In this document: positions 13,401 to 26,760 of the stretch, one piece after another
How positions within the stretch are numbered: the stretch's first letter is position 1
How the letters are laid out: the number at the start of each line of letters is the position of its first letter
Origin: Perna viridis
Taxonomy: Eukaryota
Assembly (NCBI GenBank): GCA_037379345.1
Contig: CM074516.1
Location: 26,784,001 to 26,848,000, forward strand
Direction: 5' to 3'
Length of the DNA: 64,000 nt
Position numbers and translations under genes: made by a program
Notes under the pieces: model-generated
Told to the model about the DNA's origin: nothing
Databases searched by the model: none
Seen by the model: the letters and a program-made list of their open reading frames with translations, nothing else

Positions 13401-16400
13401 CTATTGTTATAAATAGGTAATGAAGGATAGCTTGATAAGGTCATTCAGTAGTTTTGAGTCTGACATTTTGAAACAGTCCTCAAGACCAGAATGGGCTCCA
13501 ATGTTACACAACCTGTGTTATATCCATGCTGCCCTTCAGCTCAGGGCTCGATTTGGTCTGTCCGGATGGAATAGTCCTCAGGACTTTGCCAAGATTGGCT
13601 ACTCTGAATTGGTGGTAAGTTCTTGAGATTTTCTTCCTGTGATTACATAGTTGATAAAAACTGAATTTGAATGTAAAGTTCATCTGTCAAGCATCGTGTT
13701 TAGGGTTTTGTATTGTGTTCATTTTATTTATATGACAAGCTAATATTGGCATGATAGGAAATTGACACAATACTTTATAGATACTGATAACAAAAGAATT
13801 CCATAATAAATCCTTGCTTACAGTCCGAACTTCGGTTCTTATTATTGAGTTCATTTTTTAACCCTTTTTTGAGTAAGTATTTCAGTATTTGTGGTTTTGA
13901 AATGATAGCTAAAGCCTTTTTGTGTGGCAATGCTTGCTTCATATGTTATTTGGTTATGGAAGGTTTAACTGTAGAGATAGGCCAATAAATTATAAATTTA
14001 CTAAATGTGTTTCTCATACCAATACAGGAATCCCTGTCAATGATGATAGCTGAGTTTAAAGACCCTTTGAGTTGTGTTGCTCCTGATGGTTCACAGTTAT
14101 CTAGATCAACATCATGGACTGGTCTCAGATTTATGCTTAGTGAGGTGAGTTTTGTGGGAAAAGAAATCAAAATAAGAAAAAACACACTGAATAACGTCTT
14201 TTAATTTGTTTGTATCCATCATTTTCATGGTTTAGAAAATTTTAATACCTGCATTTGTTCTATCCAAAATTTCCACAAGAAAATTTACATTTTTGAGACA
14301 GACCATAGACATTGATACACCAGGTACAGGGATATTTTCAATGTATGTCAATAATTTGCTGCAAAATCTTGATAATTTTAACTGTTTTTCACTGAAAAAC
14401 AATTTAGGAGGGTCAAGTTCTTTGCTTTTGCCAAGTTTTAAACATATAGTAATCTTTTGATTGATGTGAACATCGATCCTAAATTTACATGTGTTGCTCT
14501 TTCAGGTATTTTTTTTTATTATATCTATTTTTGCACTTTAAATTTTTTTCTTTCAGATTATATATGGAAGTCATATAAATGATTCCTACGACCAGCAGGC
14601 AGTATGTGCCCTTGTAGACTACTGGTTGTCTCCTAATGCTGTCAAGAAGGACTTTGAGGAGAGGAGATGTAAGTTTGACCTCAGATGAAACAGGGGTGTC
14701 ATTTCAGGATTGCATTAATAAAAGTCGTCTTAATTTTGGAGAGAGGTGTGGATAACAGTATTTCCTGTTAACTTTTCTTTGATCTTAATTAAATTCTTTT
14801 ATTTTTTTTGTATTATTTATAAATAAACAATTATGCTTCCTGGATTTTTGTCACCCTTAGTTCTGAGTTTTTCCCTTTAATTTGAGACACCTATTATACT
14901 TCTTCGTTACAGTGAAGTACAAGCACCCGACAGCATTTTTCAACCCTAATGTACGACTGAACACTCTGATTCAGGCCCTGGAGTACAACATAAGTCCTCA
15001 TACCCTGGATGTTCCAGAGGGCTGTCACATTCATCCTAGTGTCGAGGTAGGCAGTAGTTAACTTTAAAAGTCATTACTGCACATCATCTGCAACAGCATG
15101 TTAAAAATACACCTCTAACTAATTTGCAAGCAATGCCTTATGTGTATCAGTTTACAACATTACCAACCATGGCCATGACTTATAAATTTCCGATGAAATG
15201 TAAATAATAACTGCAACAGGCAAAAAATATATTTAAACCCTGTATTTATTAAGCAGTGTATTTTAAACTTATTATTGTTTTTATTAGAGTCAGCTAAATA
15301 CTGTTCAAGGCCAATTGAACAGACTTTCTGGAGAATGAATTTACAATCAGCCTCTATCGTAGACCTTTGTTTCAGTGCAAACCACATTTCATTGTTCACA
15401 CATTTTTTTAAAGCTTGATGCCATGATTCTGACTATTGCCACTACAACGTATTCAAAATTTGTAGGGAAAGGGAAAAAAATGACCTTTATTTTTAAGGGA
15501 ATTGATTTGAGGTTTAATTTCTGTGAAGAAAAGGATGAAATGATGTTATAATTGGCAATGGTAGTATTAAAACCGTCATCTTCAATCAGACACTTATAAT
15601 ACACAACCATAACCGTATCTGATTAATATCCAAATCAAAATAGTTCATTTAGTTAGGAAATAAGTTACAACTCCAAATTATGAAGGTGCTTTCAGTTGCT
15701 GTAGTATACTTTATGTCTACAGGATAATGTAAGAATACAAATCTCAAGGGCAATGTTTAAGATTGACTTTTTAATAAAGGTTTATTACAAAGCAAGAAAA
15801 TTATATTTTGCTTTATGTAACAGTAGATTGTTAAAATTTAAAAAAAAAAGGAAGAAAGCTTTGAATTTTAATGCCTCTAATATGCAACATCCATTACACA
15901 TCATTTTATAAATCTATTTATATGTAACTGTTGTAGTTTTCCTATTATGTTTTCAGCTTATCAATACACCCCTGCATATGAAGGATATTATTGTACACGA
16001 TTTGATGGTCAATATTTCTCTTGTTTTGTTTTCATTTTTCTCGTGTATAGAAAACCAATATAGTCTTGCTTCTATGCTACATCCCATTTATTTAAAACTA
16101 TATTTTAGTATATTTATAAAAATATTTATGCTTTGCACATAAATATACTTTCATTCATGGCTGAGGATCTAATGGCAGATTGTACTTTTTAACAACGTAT
16201 TGTTCACTTTTCCTCACATTCTTTTTTAAATTGATGAATACCTCCTGAAAATAAGAGTTCTGGAGCAGATTGATATTTGGGATGCTGTTTTTGTTAAGTC
16301 TTTAATTCATTAATACTGAAAAAAGAATATATTTATCAACAGATTTCCAATAAACCTAAAGATTTCCAGGTACCTATATGAAAAAATCCTAATAATAAAA

Positions 16401-19400
16401 TAACATCATTTGTTTCACTAGATATTGATTAGAAAAAAAAAACAACAAAAAGTTGAATCTTTTACTATTCTATAATATTAACAAAAAAATAAACTATAAT
16501 GGTTTCTATATTATCTTTGGGTTACTTTTAGAGTTCTATAGTTTTCTCTATTTCTTGTTCATGTTTAGAGTTAGGTTTGTTCGATATGTACATTATATTT
16601 GAAATGTTAAGTAGCGTTTATCTAGCATAGAAATGATGGTAACTTCTAATGCCCCAGTTGACCATCCAGTTGAAGAAAACACTAATGCAGCACTGGCCTA
16701 CACAATTTTTACTATTCTAAATAGATTGTTCTAGGAATATGTTAATAATGTCCTGTAAATTAATGTTTGCCAGACACTGTGAATGTACTAATTAAGATAC
16801 TCATATCCATTTTGGAATGATTTACCAAACGCGTATTGCATACATTGAAATTACTGATGCAATGTGATCAGAACTACTTGGCCATTTCATCTACACTAAA
16901 AGAAAACCTTTTGTGCAGAAAGAAATTCTTCTTAAATTATTTGCAAGATATGTAGCAATCTGCTGATCAATGTTCTGCCCTGCAGATGGTGTTAAAAATT
17001 TAGTTAGATATCACAAGAAAGAAAACAATTCCTCCTCCAAGATTGATGTTGTGAAGAAAGGAGATAATAAAAAAGTAATGAAAACAATTTAATCAGTTCA
17101 GAGTAGGATTAGATTTAGACCAATTTTGGCCTGATTTCTCAGCTTTGTGCTTTCAAAGGTTTTCTTTTGTGGAACAAGGAAGTAGTTTTAACTGTAAAGC
17201 AACCTTCATTGTTGATTCCTTATTTGCAGAAACATTTGATCTGACCATTAATACATTCCTAGAGCAGTCTGATTATGTATAGCACTCCTTCTAAGAATGT
17301 CAGTTTGAATCCTTTACTAAAACATCACTTTATTTTATTTCACTGTTACCCTCAGGATGAAGGATGCCCGGTATGATGATAGTTAAATAATCTGAGTGTG
17401 TTGTGTGATCCACTTACTTTAAAGGCAACTGTTGTGTAGAAAATAGAACATCTTCCTGCAGAAATTTGGAAGGGATACATGTATATAGGACCTTTCAGTA
17501 CTGTCTTTTGAAAAGCACTACATGTATTAAGACATATTTACCAAGAACAATTAATCAGATATGTAATTGTGTGCAAAATGGTGATCTTTTTATTTTAGAT
17601 GAAAATTTACATGTAACATGATTTTCATCCATTTTTGTGACAATTTAGACAAAAAAATTGCACATGAATATTGCTTTATACAACAGTTGTCTTTTCTTGA
17701 CTAATTAGTTAACTCCCCTTGCACAAAACCAATATTTTTTTTTTAATTTACATTGCAATTGATAGTGACTTCTGGGGGGAAAAGTTTTTATTTCATAATT
17801 GTTTATGCTTTGAATAACAAAAGTTCTTACGTTTGAGGCCAGTAAGATACTGATAATTAACAGAAAATAGCTTGATGTGTGAAAATAACAAAATGATTAT
17901 TTATCTTATTGAAATAACAATAATTTTCTATGTTCTGTATAAAAATGGGGTTCATTCACATTTCTTCTACTAAAATGAACTGAATTTATTCACTATTTTG
18001 TCAAAGACTTTTCCTACATCCTTTAAAAAAATTATTGTGTAAGGACCTTAGTGATTACCACAATTAAGCAGATAGAAAAAAGTGTACTTAGAATTGTTTC
18101 AAGGCTTTGCAACAATATTATTGCTTATTACATTTTACAGTGACTTCTGATTAGCATATTTAAAATATTCTTTCTATTTTAGACACTACTTGGAGATGAC
18201 CAGTATGTTTTTACCAGACTTAACAAAGTATTTGATGCCATGCCATCATCAAAGAGTCTTCAACACAAGATGTTCCCAAGACCACCCACACCTTTTGATG
18301 GTTAGTACATCCTTGATATGTGTATAGAGTATATTGATGTCAATGAATGCAGAAGTGGAAATTAAAGGCATCACTTCATCAGTTATTATCATATATACAT
18401 TTGTTCTGACATCAGTACATCCTACTCATGCATCTACTTCACTTGTCCAAAACAGTTAAGTGCACCATTTTAATGTGTAATAGCAGTAAGCAGATATAGA
18501 AATTGCTATGTGGAGTAGATATGCTCCAGTGGTTAATTGAGTTGACAAAATGTTACTGTATAGTATCTTTGCTTTCCAGATTTTGCTGTGTTAAAGGAAC
18601 AAAATTCAGTCTTTATGATTACAGTCAATGTTTTTTCAGTCTTAAGACTGAATATTTAATTAATATCTATCATTACATTTGTATTTACTCTGTCACTTTA
18701 TCTTCTTTAGGTCCAGCACTAGCTGGAGTGAGCAAATACAGCAACAATCCTTGTGTAGTAAACATGGGAGTATTCTCAACAGCTAGCTTCTCCCTACTCA
18801 AACTGAGAAAAGATGTGGAATTGTGGGAAATCTGTAACAGTCTTCTACAGAAAGTGCCAAAAATACTAACCAAGGTATGACCATTTCATTTCGGTTTCAT
18901 TTATTTAAGCACTAGAAAGTTCATGGCTGGCTGCATTTATTTGACAAATGAAAATTATTACGTGACAAATCAAATTATTACACACGTTGCCTTATTTTCT
19001 TATCTCTGTTGATTATAGAATCAAAATCTGGTTTGTTAGTCTGGTTTATAATTCTGGTACAATGTTCAATACTTGTAATAGATTGTCAATCATTACAAAG
19101 TTATTTCATGACTAATTACATGTAATTCTACAGGACTTTGTTTTGGAGAGAATCAAGAAAGCCAGTGAAACTGTAAGGCTTGGAGAACCAACAAAAGTTC
19201 CTGAGTTCCCTAACATTAATACATTTATCATGAAAGAAATTGAAATTATGTCAGCGCTAGGATTAGAGATTAAGAACACACTGACTGTAAGTTTTTATTG
19301 TATTATTCACATTTCCGAGAAATATTGTGACAAGGGAAGTAATTAAAGTTTTCAAACTCTGAAAATCTGACATTGAATGTTCATTTATATGACAAGTCAA

Positions 19401-20840
19401 TATGTGTATTTTAAGTTTCGTAGGGAAAATGTGTTCAGTTATTAATGTATTTGCAAATGCTTATTTTGTTCATCTCAAAACTCCTGTTGATTGTTTTTTA
19501 ATGACAGCTGCTATAAAATATTGTATTCCATTAGCAGTACTTTGAATTTATATTAAAATTCAGTGACATTTTTAGAGATGTATGTTGTAGTTTTAGTACC
19601 TAGAAAAGTTTCATTGTTAAGTGAAATTTTCTAATTTATATGTTACAGGCAATCAAGAATGCATGTGAAACAGAGAGCTTCGGTGATAATTTATCAGAAC
19701 AGATAGTGTCAGCTGCTGATGATCTATACCACATGCGTATTCCACAGACATGGTGTCAGATGGCTGGTAGTGCTGCCCCACCTCTCACAATGTCTGTAGC
19801 CGCTTGGCTTAGTGGAGATAAGGATCGAGATGGACTGCTAGCCAGGAGTATGGCACTGGAGAAATTAATTGGCCTGGTATGTTTGTTCGAGATATTTTAT
19901 TGAGGAAAGAATGGTTTGTTACAGCCAAAATCAGAAAATATTCAGGAAATCATTTCTTTTGTTTATTTATAGTTCTGGTTTTAAGTTTTTGTTCATACAT
20001 ACAAACCTGGCATGATAGCAACTTTTCAGATCTTGTAAAGAATGTAAAGAATGAAAACAATGAGTGGAATAAGTCTATTTAGATCCAAACTATTCAAATT
20101 GTATACATATTAATACACCATTTCTCTTTTTTTTTTTGCAGCCAAGATCTAAGGTACCTGTATGGACCTTGGGCCAGTTCTTCAGACCTCAGGCCCTGAT
20201 AGCCATACTGAAACAGGATTATATAAGGAACCATTGTGGAGATAGATCAGGATACTTTGACCAAATTGTTATCAACTCTGATATCACACCTAGAGATGTT
20301 GGGCATGTAAGTATGTCATAAGTAAAGAGTAATACCAGTAGAAGTGGGCTTTACTATATTGGTCTTGTCTGTCTGTCTGCTTGAATAAGGTTGTCATTGT
20401 TTGCTGTTCTCCGATTTATATACACATCGTTCAGAAATAAATAGCATTTGTTGGTTCCATGCAAAATTGCATGAAAAGGTTAAACTATAATGATATTTTC
20501 AAACTTTTTGCAGATAAGAGAGCCACCAGTAGAAGGAATGTATGCATATGGCATCCATTTATGGGGTTGTGCATGGGATAAAACAGTACTAGAACTAATG
20601 GATTCTCCACCTAAACAGGCTTGTGTAGCACTCCCTGTGGTGCACCTCACATGTTGTCAAATCACAGACAAAGCCAACCAACAAGATCCATCCAAAATGG
20701 CCGAGGTTTATTCTTGTCCTGTGTATGCCTCAAGGATTGCTGCCCGAGAGCCAATTTTTGAAATGGATGTAAAGAAAGAGGGCATTTCTGCATACAGATG
20801 GGCTCTTAGAGGACTTTCTGCTACTATAAGGAATTATTGA
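1448..20840 (+). CDS. Divergent dynein heavy chain-like protein, 3' part (stalk CC2, AAA5, AAA6, C-terminal domain); 5' exons lie upstream of the window
   Basis: Phase-consistent GT-AG exon chain: 1448-1644, 1901-2029, 2392-2500, 3048-3233, 3792-3947, 4244-4456, 4954-5099, 5535-5720, 5979-6090, 6453-6626, 7088-7332, 11854-12076, 12827-13015, 13417-13614, 14028-14144, 14557-14668, 14913-15046, 18183-18300, 18711-18874, 19134-19286, 19649-19876, 20142-20306, 20514-20840 (3981 nt, TGA stop). Dynein-like motifs occur in the expected order: LLLANCITAAAFLVYCG, LPTTPLMLENA..WPLICDP, DPKFRLFLHT, YQMSFNSFLRLF, VARGLMERDRHLFSLLL, GSWVLLNNAH, PSFRVWIT, LCYIHAALQLRARFGLSGWN, IIYGSHIND, WTLGQFFRPQAL, EGMYAYGIHLWGCAWD, YSCPVY, WALRG. 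Confidence 0.9.
3048..3233 (+). CDS. Dynein-like gene exon: start of AAA5 (LPTTPLMLENAAFLMQEDYVNAWPLICDPTSRVLDW)
   Basis: tag|CTG...AGT|gtaagt. It resembles the dynein GLP-D--S-EN...RWPL-IDPQ motif. Confidence 0.9.
6743..6945. repeat. 52-bp minisatellite, about 3.9 copies (intronic)
   Basis: Unit aaattgtggcctaaactgaacaagtccttcagtctgaaaatgtgtttaaacc starts at 6743, 6795, 6847 and 6899. Confidence 0.95.
9800..9957. repeat. 49-bp perfect tandem repeat, about 3.2 copies (intronic)
   Basis: Unit cacatttttgttactctaaatgaacttggctctagaagtatcgactgat starts at 9800, 9849 and 9898, with a partial copy at 9947. Confidence 0.95.
10003..10032 (+). CDS. Candidate 30-nt cassette micro-exon of the dynein-like gene (HQDEESSER)
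   Basis: ttttatcag|ACATCAGGATGAGGAATCCTCTGAGCGTTG|gtaagc. Phase 2/2 matches the host intron and the frame is open. Confidence 0.5.
11395..11789. mobile_element. MITE-like element of about 395 bp with imperfect inverted ends
   Basis: TGTAAGAATCAGGCA (11410-11424) is inverted at 11760-11774. A related copy lies at about 53046-53386. Confidence 0.7.
12384..12595. mobile_element. Palindromic MITE of about 212 bp, TTAA-type target (Kolobok-like)
   Basis: Imperfect TIRs of about 40 bp (GAGGTAGACCTAGAGTAAGGGACATAACTC / GAGTTGTGTCCCTTACCCTAGGTCTACATC) flanked by ttaa/ttat. A second, inverted copy lies at 59582-59794. Confidence 0.75.
12827..13015 (+). CDS. Dynein-like gene exon: AAA6 core (GSWVLLNNAH...PDPSFRVWIT)
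   Basis: tag|GGG...AGA|gtaggt. It matches the G-WV-LQNCHL...HPDFRLWLT pattern. Confidence 0.9.
17356..17370 (+). CDS. Candidate 15-nt micro-exon of the dynein-like gene (DEGCP)
   Basis: Pyrimidine tract ...tttcactgttaccctcag|GATGAAGGATGCCCG|gtatga. Phase 0/0 matches the host intron. Confidence 0.35.
20514..20840 (+). CDS. Dynein-like gene terminal exon (C-terminal barrel domain)
   Basis: cag|ATA start, then EGMYAYGIHLWGCAWD, YSCPVY and WALRG, ending in TGA. Confidence 0.9.
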   Translation: MREPPVEGMYAYGIHLWGCAWDKTVLELMDSPPKQACVALPVVHLTCCQITDKANQQDPSKMAEVYSCPVYASRIAAREPIFEMDVKKEGISAYRWALRGLSATIRNY

Positions 20841-21427
20841 TTTATCAGTATAAAGATTATTGAAGTTTAAAAAATTGTGTGATTTTTTTTTTTATCACTT
20901 TACTTCTAGATTACTGTGACTGAAATGGCAGGAAATTATGGATTAATGATTATGTAAGAGAACTTGATTTGATGCTAGGAAGAAATTTTGCACACATTTT
21001 CTCGATCTGACTTAAGACTAGTATTCTTTGAATGTTTCACTTATAATATATAACTGCCACAATTTTATGAATTGGCATTTGTACAAATGATGCAATAATT
21101 TTAGAAATATTGTTTCAAGACATTTAAGGAAACATGAAAACATTCTGTTATCAGCAATATTGGAACATTAAAGAATTTTTAAACTGCTAAGGACAATAAT
21201 ATAAACCTTCCATCCTTGTTGATAAGATGTGATATTTTTTTTCTTTTATTGTATGTTTTTTTTTCTCACTGATGAATGCTATATTTAAATGTGTATTTAT
21301 TGATATTTGTTGTTTATATTTTTATGACAATGGTTGATTATATTTCTATATTTTGACTACCGTCCAGTTTTAAGTGTCAAGGAATTGTAAAACTGCTGAG
21401 ATATTTACATGTTTAATGATTTTATTT

Positions 21428-21433
21428 AATAAA
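21428..21433 (+). terminator. Probable polyadenylation signal of the dynein-like gene
   Basis: AATAAA about 590 nt after the stop, followed by the GT/T-rich stretch ctgttttgtttc. Confidence 0.55.
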
Positions 21434-24400
21434 CTGTTTTGTTTCAAACTGTCAAGTTTTATTTTTCTTTATCAAAAAGAAAGCATTCTTCTGTAGTGAC
21501 AATATCTGAGATATGAGATACAACACTAGCCCATGATGGAATAAAAGATTAGATATGATGAATAATAAAGAAGGTAAATTATGAAAACAAAATGTGAATT
21601 TTATGATAGCGACTATCACTGACTGCAGGGACACATGCATAAATCATGTATTGTAGTACTGTAGTGTTAATTATTCAACTATGTACTAGAAACGACTTAG
21701 CATGAGCAGTTCATGATAAATTGACCTACAAAGTAATCAGACAACAGAACATTCAAACCTTACAAAGAAATTTCAGTTAATAGACGGTCTTTGTAGAGGC
21801 ATTTACATGAAACATATGAATTGTGATGTAGTGATGCAAATGCAGATATGACTGACTGCTTCATATTAAACTGAAAACCTCAACATGGATGCAGATCTAA
21901 AAAAGCAATACCAGTCTTGTTTTCCGTAATTTTTGTTGTAAGCAAATGACCGGATGCATTCAAAATAAATCAATCCTGAATTTAAAAAAAAGTATTAAGG
22001 ACGAGAAAATTTAGTCTTTCAGATAGGTATATATAATACTTGGTTAAAAATACTATGAAGTGTGGTTGCAGCTTTTATGAGTGCTAATTCTCTGGATTTA
22101 TATTGTTTACCACCAGATTTTAATGTACCAGTTTATTATCCTACAACAAACTGATAATGAAATGGTTGATATCTATTCCTGTTGGTATTTAGGTTCGTTA
22201 TCTTTTAACATATATTGGCTAAATATCCCTCTGACTGTAGACAAACATGTTTATCTATAAAAAAATGTCGAGGCATCTCCAAACATGAGAAAGATATAAT
22301 AATATAAGTGCCATGTTTTTTTTTTAATCAATTCTGCAGTGATAAATATGGTCTAATTATTTACAGTTTAAATCACTTATTGTGTCATGGTCAATACTGT
22401 CTTTTTATTGGCCAGAATGTCAGTTTGAATAGTGTTCACTTTTAATACATGGGGATTATCTCCACTTCATTTTAGTACTTTTCACAATTGATAAAAACAA
22501 CACTGCGAAAGTTAACTCAGTTTTGGATTTAGTTTATATAAAACTAATGTAACTTTCTCGTATCTAGGGGATGCTATGCTTTAAAATTTTGTCTAGATAA
22601 ATAGGTTTGTAAGTCCAAGGAAAATTTGTGGTAAAATTAGTAGAAATGTAATAATGAATCTGAACTCTGCATGTACCTGGTTTGAAAATGTCTGTTGCCT
22701 CTGTTTCTGGATAGATGTATTGTGAAGATGCTTAGATGCTTCAGATTATTTATTCATCACATTTTGTAGGAGTTATAGAACATTTCATGTGGGGTGGGGT
22801 ACATATATGTGACTGATCTTTGACAATGACCTAAAAATTCAAAGGTGTTCTCAAGCTTTTCATTTAAATGCATCAGGTCATGGAAGAATATATATATATT
22901 TTGTCTACTATAAAAACCAAGGCAGAATTTACAAAGCAGAGCAAACTTGTAAATTTTAATCAACTTAAAGTAAACATATATGTAAACAAAAAAAAATAAT
23001 AACAAAAAAAGGTTTATGATTGAGTAGAATATCTTTGGTTGTTACAGCGAGTAAATAGCTAACCAGGAAATACACACTTTTTTGGTCTACCTTTACATTA
23101 TAAACTGCTTTGGATATAAACTCACCAATTTACAAACTTTCTATAAGAGGTAGATTCAAATACCTATGGAATAATTGATAGTTTAAGACTCCTTGACAAT
23201 TGATCTGTTAATTACCCAAGACATTTCATTAGTTAATGGCCATTCAATCAAAGAAAGACCAACTCCCAGATGTTAAACATTTTACTTGCTGTAAATGATA
23301 TACTGGTACAAAATGCCTGAGAATACAATAAAAATGTTAACTTCTATGACAAAAAAAGAAAATAAACTTGTGTTTCCACCATTTCAACAACTAAATTAGG
23401 AAATTTTGGGAAGCAAAATATTCTTTAATCAATATGTTTGGAATTACTCTAGTGTTTTTACACAAAACTTTTATTTTGACTAAGTCTATCATATGAATAT
23501 TATACATTTCTTCTAAGACCTTTTAGATTTTGGTACATAAAAGATTTGTTAATGAATATTTCAATGTATTACATGAAATAAAAATTATCATACCAACACA
23601 TATAACCCTAAATGATGAAGTAAATCCTTAGTTTAAACATCCTTAAATCTTCAACTTATTATCTTATGTTACCTTACATTACACATGTTATATTAAGGGT
23701 GTTATATAAAACCAATAAAAAGTAACTGAGTTGTTACAACTTAAATATATACAATGTAAATAGTGTGCATAAAATTATGATCTGATATTACCACATAGAT
23801 GACAAGGAGAAGTTTTAGTAAATTAATTCAGTTTGAAAAATAATAATAGTGACATTTAAGTCTATGTAATTTATTACAAAAACTTTTCCCTGTTATGTAA
23901 TCTATTAAAAAAACTTCTCCCTGTCAAAGACAAATGGGAGAAGTGAGCACAAAACAAGGATCTCCTACTAGATTAGACCCTGAGCCAAATAAGGACAAGA
24001 AACTTAAATAGATCTACTCCTGTAGAATGTGATAAAAAAACAAGAAATTATATCAACAAAACACTAATACTTATTTCTGTACTTAAGTCATGCATGAAAC
24101 AAAGGCCATATTTATAAAGGATGAGGAACGATTACTCTTCCATATAAATTAATTTAGATACAATTTTTTTCATTCTCTCTTTCAACTTCACTTTGTGTAA
24201 TCTGCAGCACCAGAGTAATGACACATTTATAGAACATGATACCACATACATGACTTCATGCAATATTACATGCTACCATTTCTAATGTTAAATAAGAATG
24301 AAAGAAAAATACAATCATTTTAAAAAAAAATTCATGGTTTCCTTTTCCAAAAAAAAAAAATAAGACAAAAACTGTGATTGCATGCATGCTAATGTAAAGA

Positions 24401-24624
24401 AAGCCCTAAAAGCTGAACAATCAAATGAGCTACATATACGCTCCTTGAAACATTCACATGCATTGTTCATGTCAGGGTAGGAAACTCAAATTCTATCCAG
24501 TCCTGAGTACAAATTTTCAATATATTTACTATATGGCTAAATAGATTTTTGCTACAATCAACCAGCCCTGCCAAAATATAGCCAGTCTCGGGCTGGCAAG
24601 CAGGCTACTATTTCTAACTCTGTT

Positions 24625-24990
24625 TAAGGTGCGTTAACACATTGCTTTGCGTTTGATTAACTGTACCATAGAAGTGTTTGTTAAATGCACGCTGGGAGCA
24701 TATGTTTAAATGCATGATAGGAGCATTTGTTTATTTTTGTACATTCATTATTTCCTTTATTCAACTGTTATTTTTATATTTTTTGCTATCATTTTTTTTT
24801 ATGTATTTTCATTAATTATATTTTTGATTTTATTCTTCTTCATTAATATTATTTTTCATAGTTCTTTTAAAAACACGCTATAAGTGTTAGTGTACCGTGT
24901 GTTTAAATGCATGCTGACAGCATTCATTTATCATGCATTTGGTGAGCATTTAGTGTGCGTTTAGGCATCGTGTGTGCTGGAAACCTAAAC
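24625..24990. repeat. Decayed internally repetitive element (tttaaatgca[c/t]g[c/a]t motifs)
   Basis: Recurrent gttaaatgcacgctg, gtttaaatgcatgat and gtttaaatgcatgctg motifs. The family was not identified. Confidence 0.35.
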
Positions 24991-25862
24991 GTCTGAAGAA
25001 GTGTACATGTCAGTTTTGCTTACAAAAAATGTGAACAGACAGACAAGGTAATAAGAACTATACATTTATACACATATTTAAAAGAATAATAATGCCTTCT
25101 GCTTTAAACTGTAAAAATACACAACACTATGAGCACCTTCAATAATAATAGCACCAGTAACATACATTGTAAATGAAAAAAAAGAAATTGAGAGTTTTCA
25201 TTCAAAATCTATATACAGCAACATACTTAATATTTCCATAACATGGTGAAAAGGGCAAATCAATTTTAATTTTACAGGAGAGTTATCTTAACATACAGAA
25301 TATAACTTGAGTAAAAAATTATATTCTTTTTTATTGGTACATTTATATACATGTAAGCAAAATAATGCAGTTTTTACTTTTCTATCAATTATACAGCAAT
25401 CATTTTATGAAAAGATTAATTGCCTGAAAACACTTAGCATATGGTTAAGAATGCATTTGACTTTTCAAACACCAGACGGTGATTAAAAATCTAATCTAAG
25501 TTTCCCGAATTTTTTCTACAAAGTTTATGAGATGAACCTATTCTCTCTCAGTCTAGGTCTCAATTTCCATTATTTCTCCTTCCTCTACTAATGAAATAAA
25601 GATTTTAACGCGCTCAATTAAGTTGAAAATCTTAATCAATTAAATAATCTTAAAACGGAAAATAATTCAAACCACTCCTTTCTGTAGCCTATCTATTTCA
25701 AAAACCAATGGGAAAAGGGAAAAAAGAGATTTTAAACTTTAATTCTAAATGATTTCAGTGATAACATAAATTGTATAAAAAATATCAGAAATATAAAATT
25801 TATTAAGAAATGATTGTCATAGCTTTCTTAATTGCATCAAAATATTGTGAGCACATAATCTT

Positions 25863-26760
25863 ACAAGAACAAAAGGCTCCCAGCAGCCTGAATCGCTCAC
25901 CTTGTTGAATTTTGCCTTTCAAAGGCAATAAATTAAACAAGAATTGTCCAACAATTTTGACTCAAGAAGTCTTTGGTAGGTCTTATCACAAGATCTTTTC
26001 AACAATTGAAAGTTTCTTTTAATCTATCATAGTTTTCAAGATATTGACTGAAAACCATTTTAAAAAAAAGTCATTTTTCCCCTTTCAAGGTCAATAACTC
26101 TTACAAGGAGTCTTAAGAAGTTTGGAGTTATAATAATATGGATCATTTCAGCTATTGAAAGAATTTGGATAAACTGAACGGTTTTGGAGATATATGTGAA
26201 AAACTACTATCTGACCCCTATGTTCTAATTTTAGTAATGGCGGCCATGTTTTTCAACAAATCAAAAATCCCCACATAAGATCTATGCAGGATACCCAAAG
26301 GAACACTCATACCAAGTTTGGTTTCAATTGGTCAAGTAGTGTCAGAGAAGATTTTTGAAAGAAATAACATTAAAACTAGCAAAAATCGTTGAAAAAGGGC
26401 AATAACTCCAACATGGTTTAACGGATTAAAACCAGAATTTGACCAGAGATAGATCTCATCATGCTGAACACTTTTACACGTGTCAGAATTCAGCTAAACC
26501 TAACGGATTAGGAGATATATGTGAAAAACTTCTATCTGACCCCTATGTTCTATTTTTAGTAACGGCAGCCATGTTTTTCAACAAATCAAAAATTCCCACC
26601 CCAGTTCTATGCAGTATACCCCAAGAAACATTCATACAAAGTTTGGTTTCAATTGGTCAAGTAGCGTCAGAGGAGAAGAGTTTTGTATAATTGTTAACTA
26701 CGACGGCGGACGCCAAGTGATGGCAATAGCTCACATGGTCTTTGGCCAGGTGAGCAAATA
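25863..26760 (+). mobile_element. Non-autonomous Helentron/HINE-like element with an internal ~325-bp tandem duplication
   Basis: The 5' end acaag...gcctgaatcGCTCACCT (25895-25902) is inverted with AGGTGAGC (26748-26755). There is a 3' hairpin gctcacatggtctttggccaggtgagc. The internal ctgacccctatg block occurs at 26211 and 26536. Relatives lie at 47.1-47.9, 49.2-50.6 and 54.2-54.8 kb. Confidence 0.75.

Noticed and set aside
18889-18898. ISRE-like TTTCGGTTTC in a dynein intron
   Set aside because: It has no promoter context. It is kept only as a caution that the motif can arise by chance.
26439-26690. 83-aa ORF (and the 47863-48057 and 49453-49647 ORFs)
   Set aside because: They lie within or overlap HINE-like repeats and have no protein motifs.
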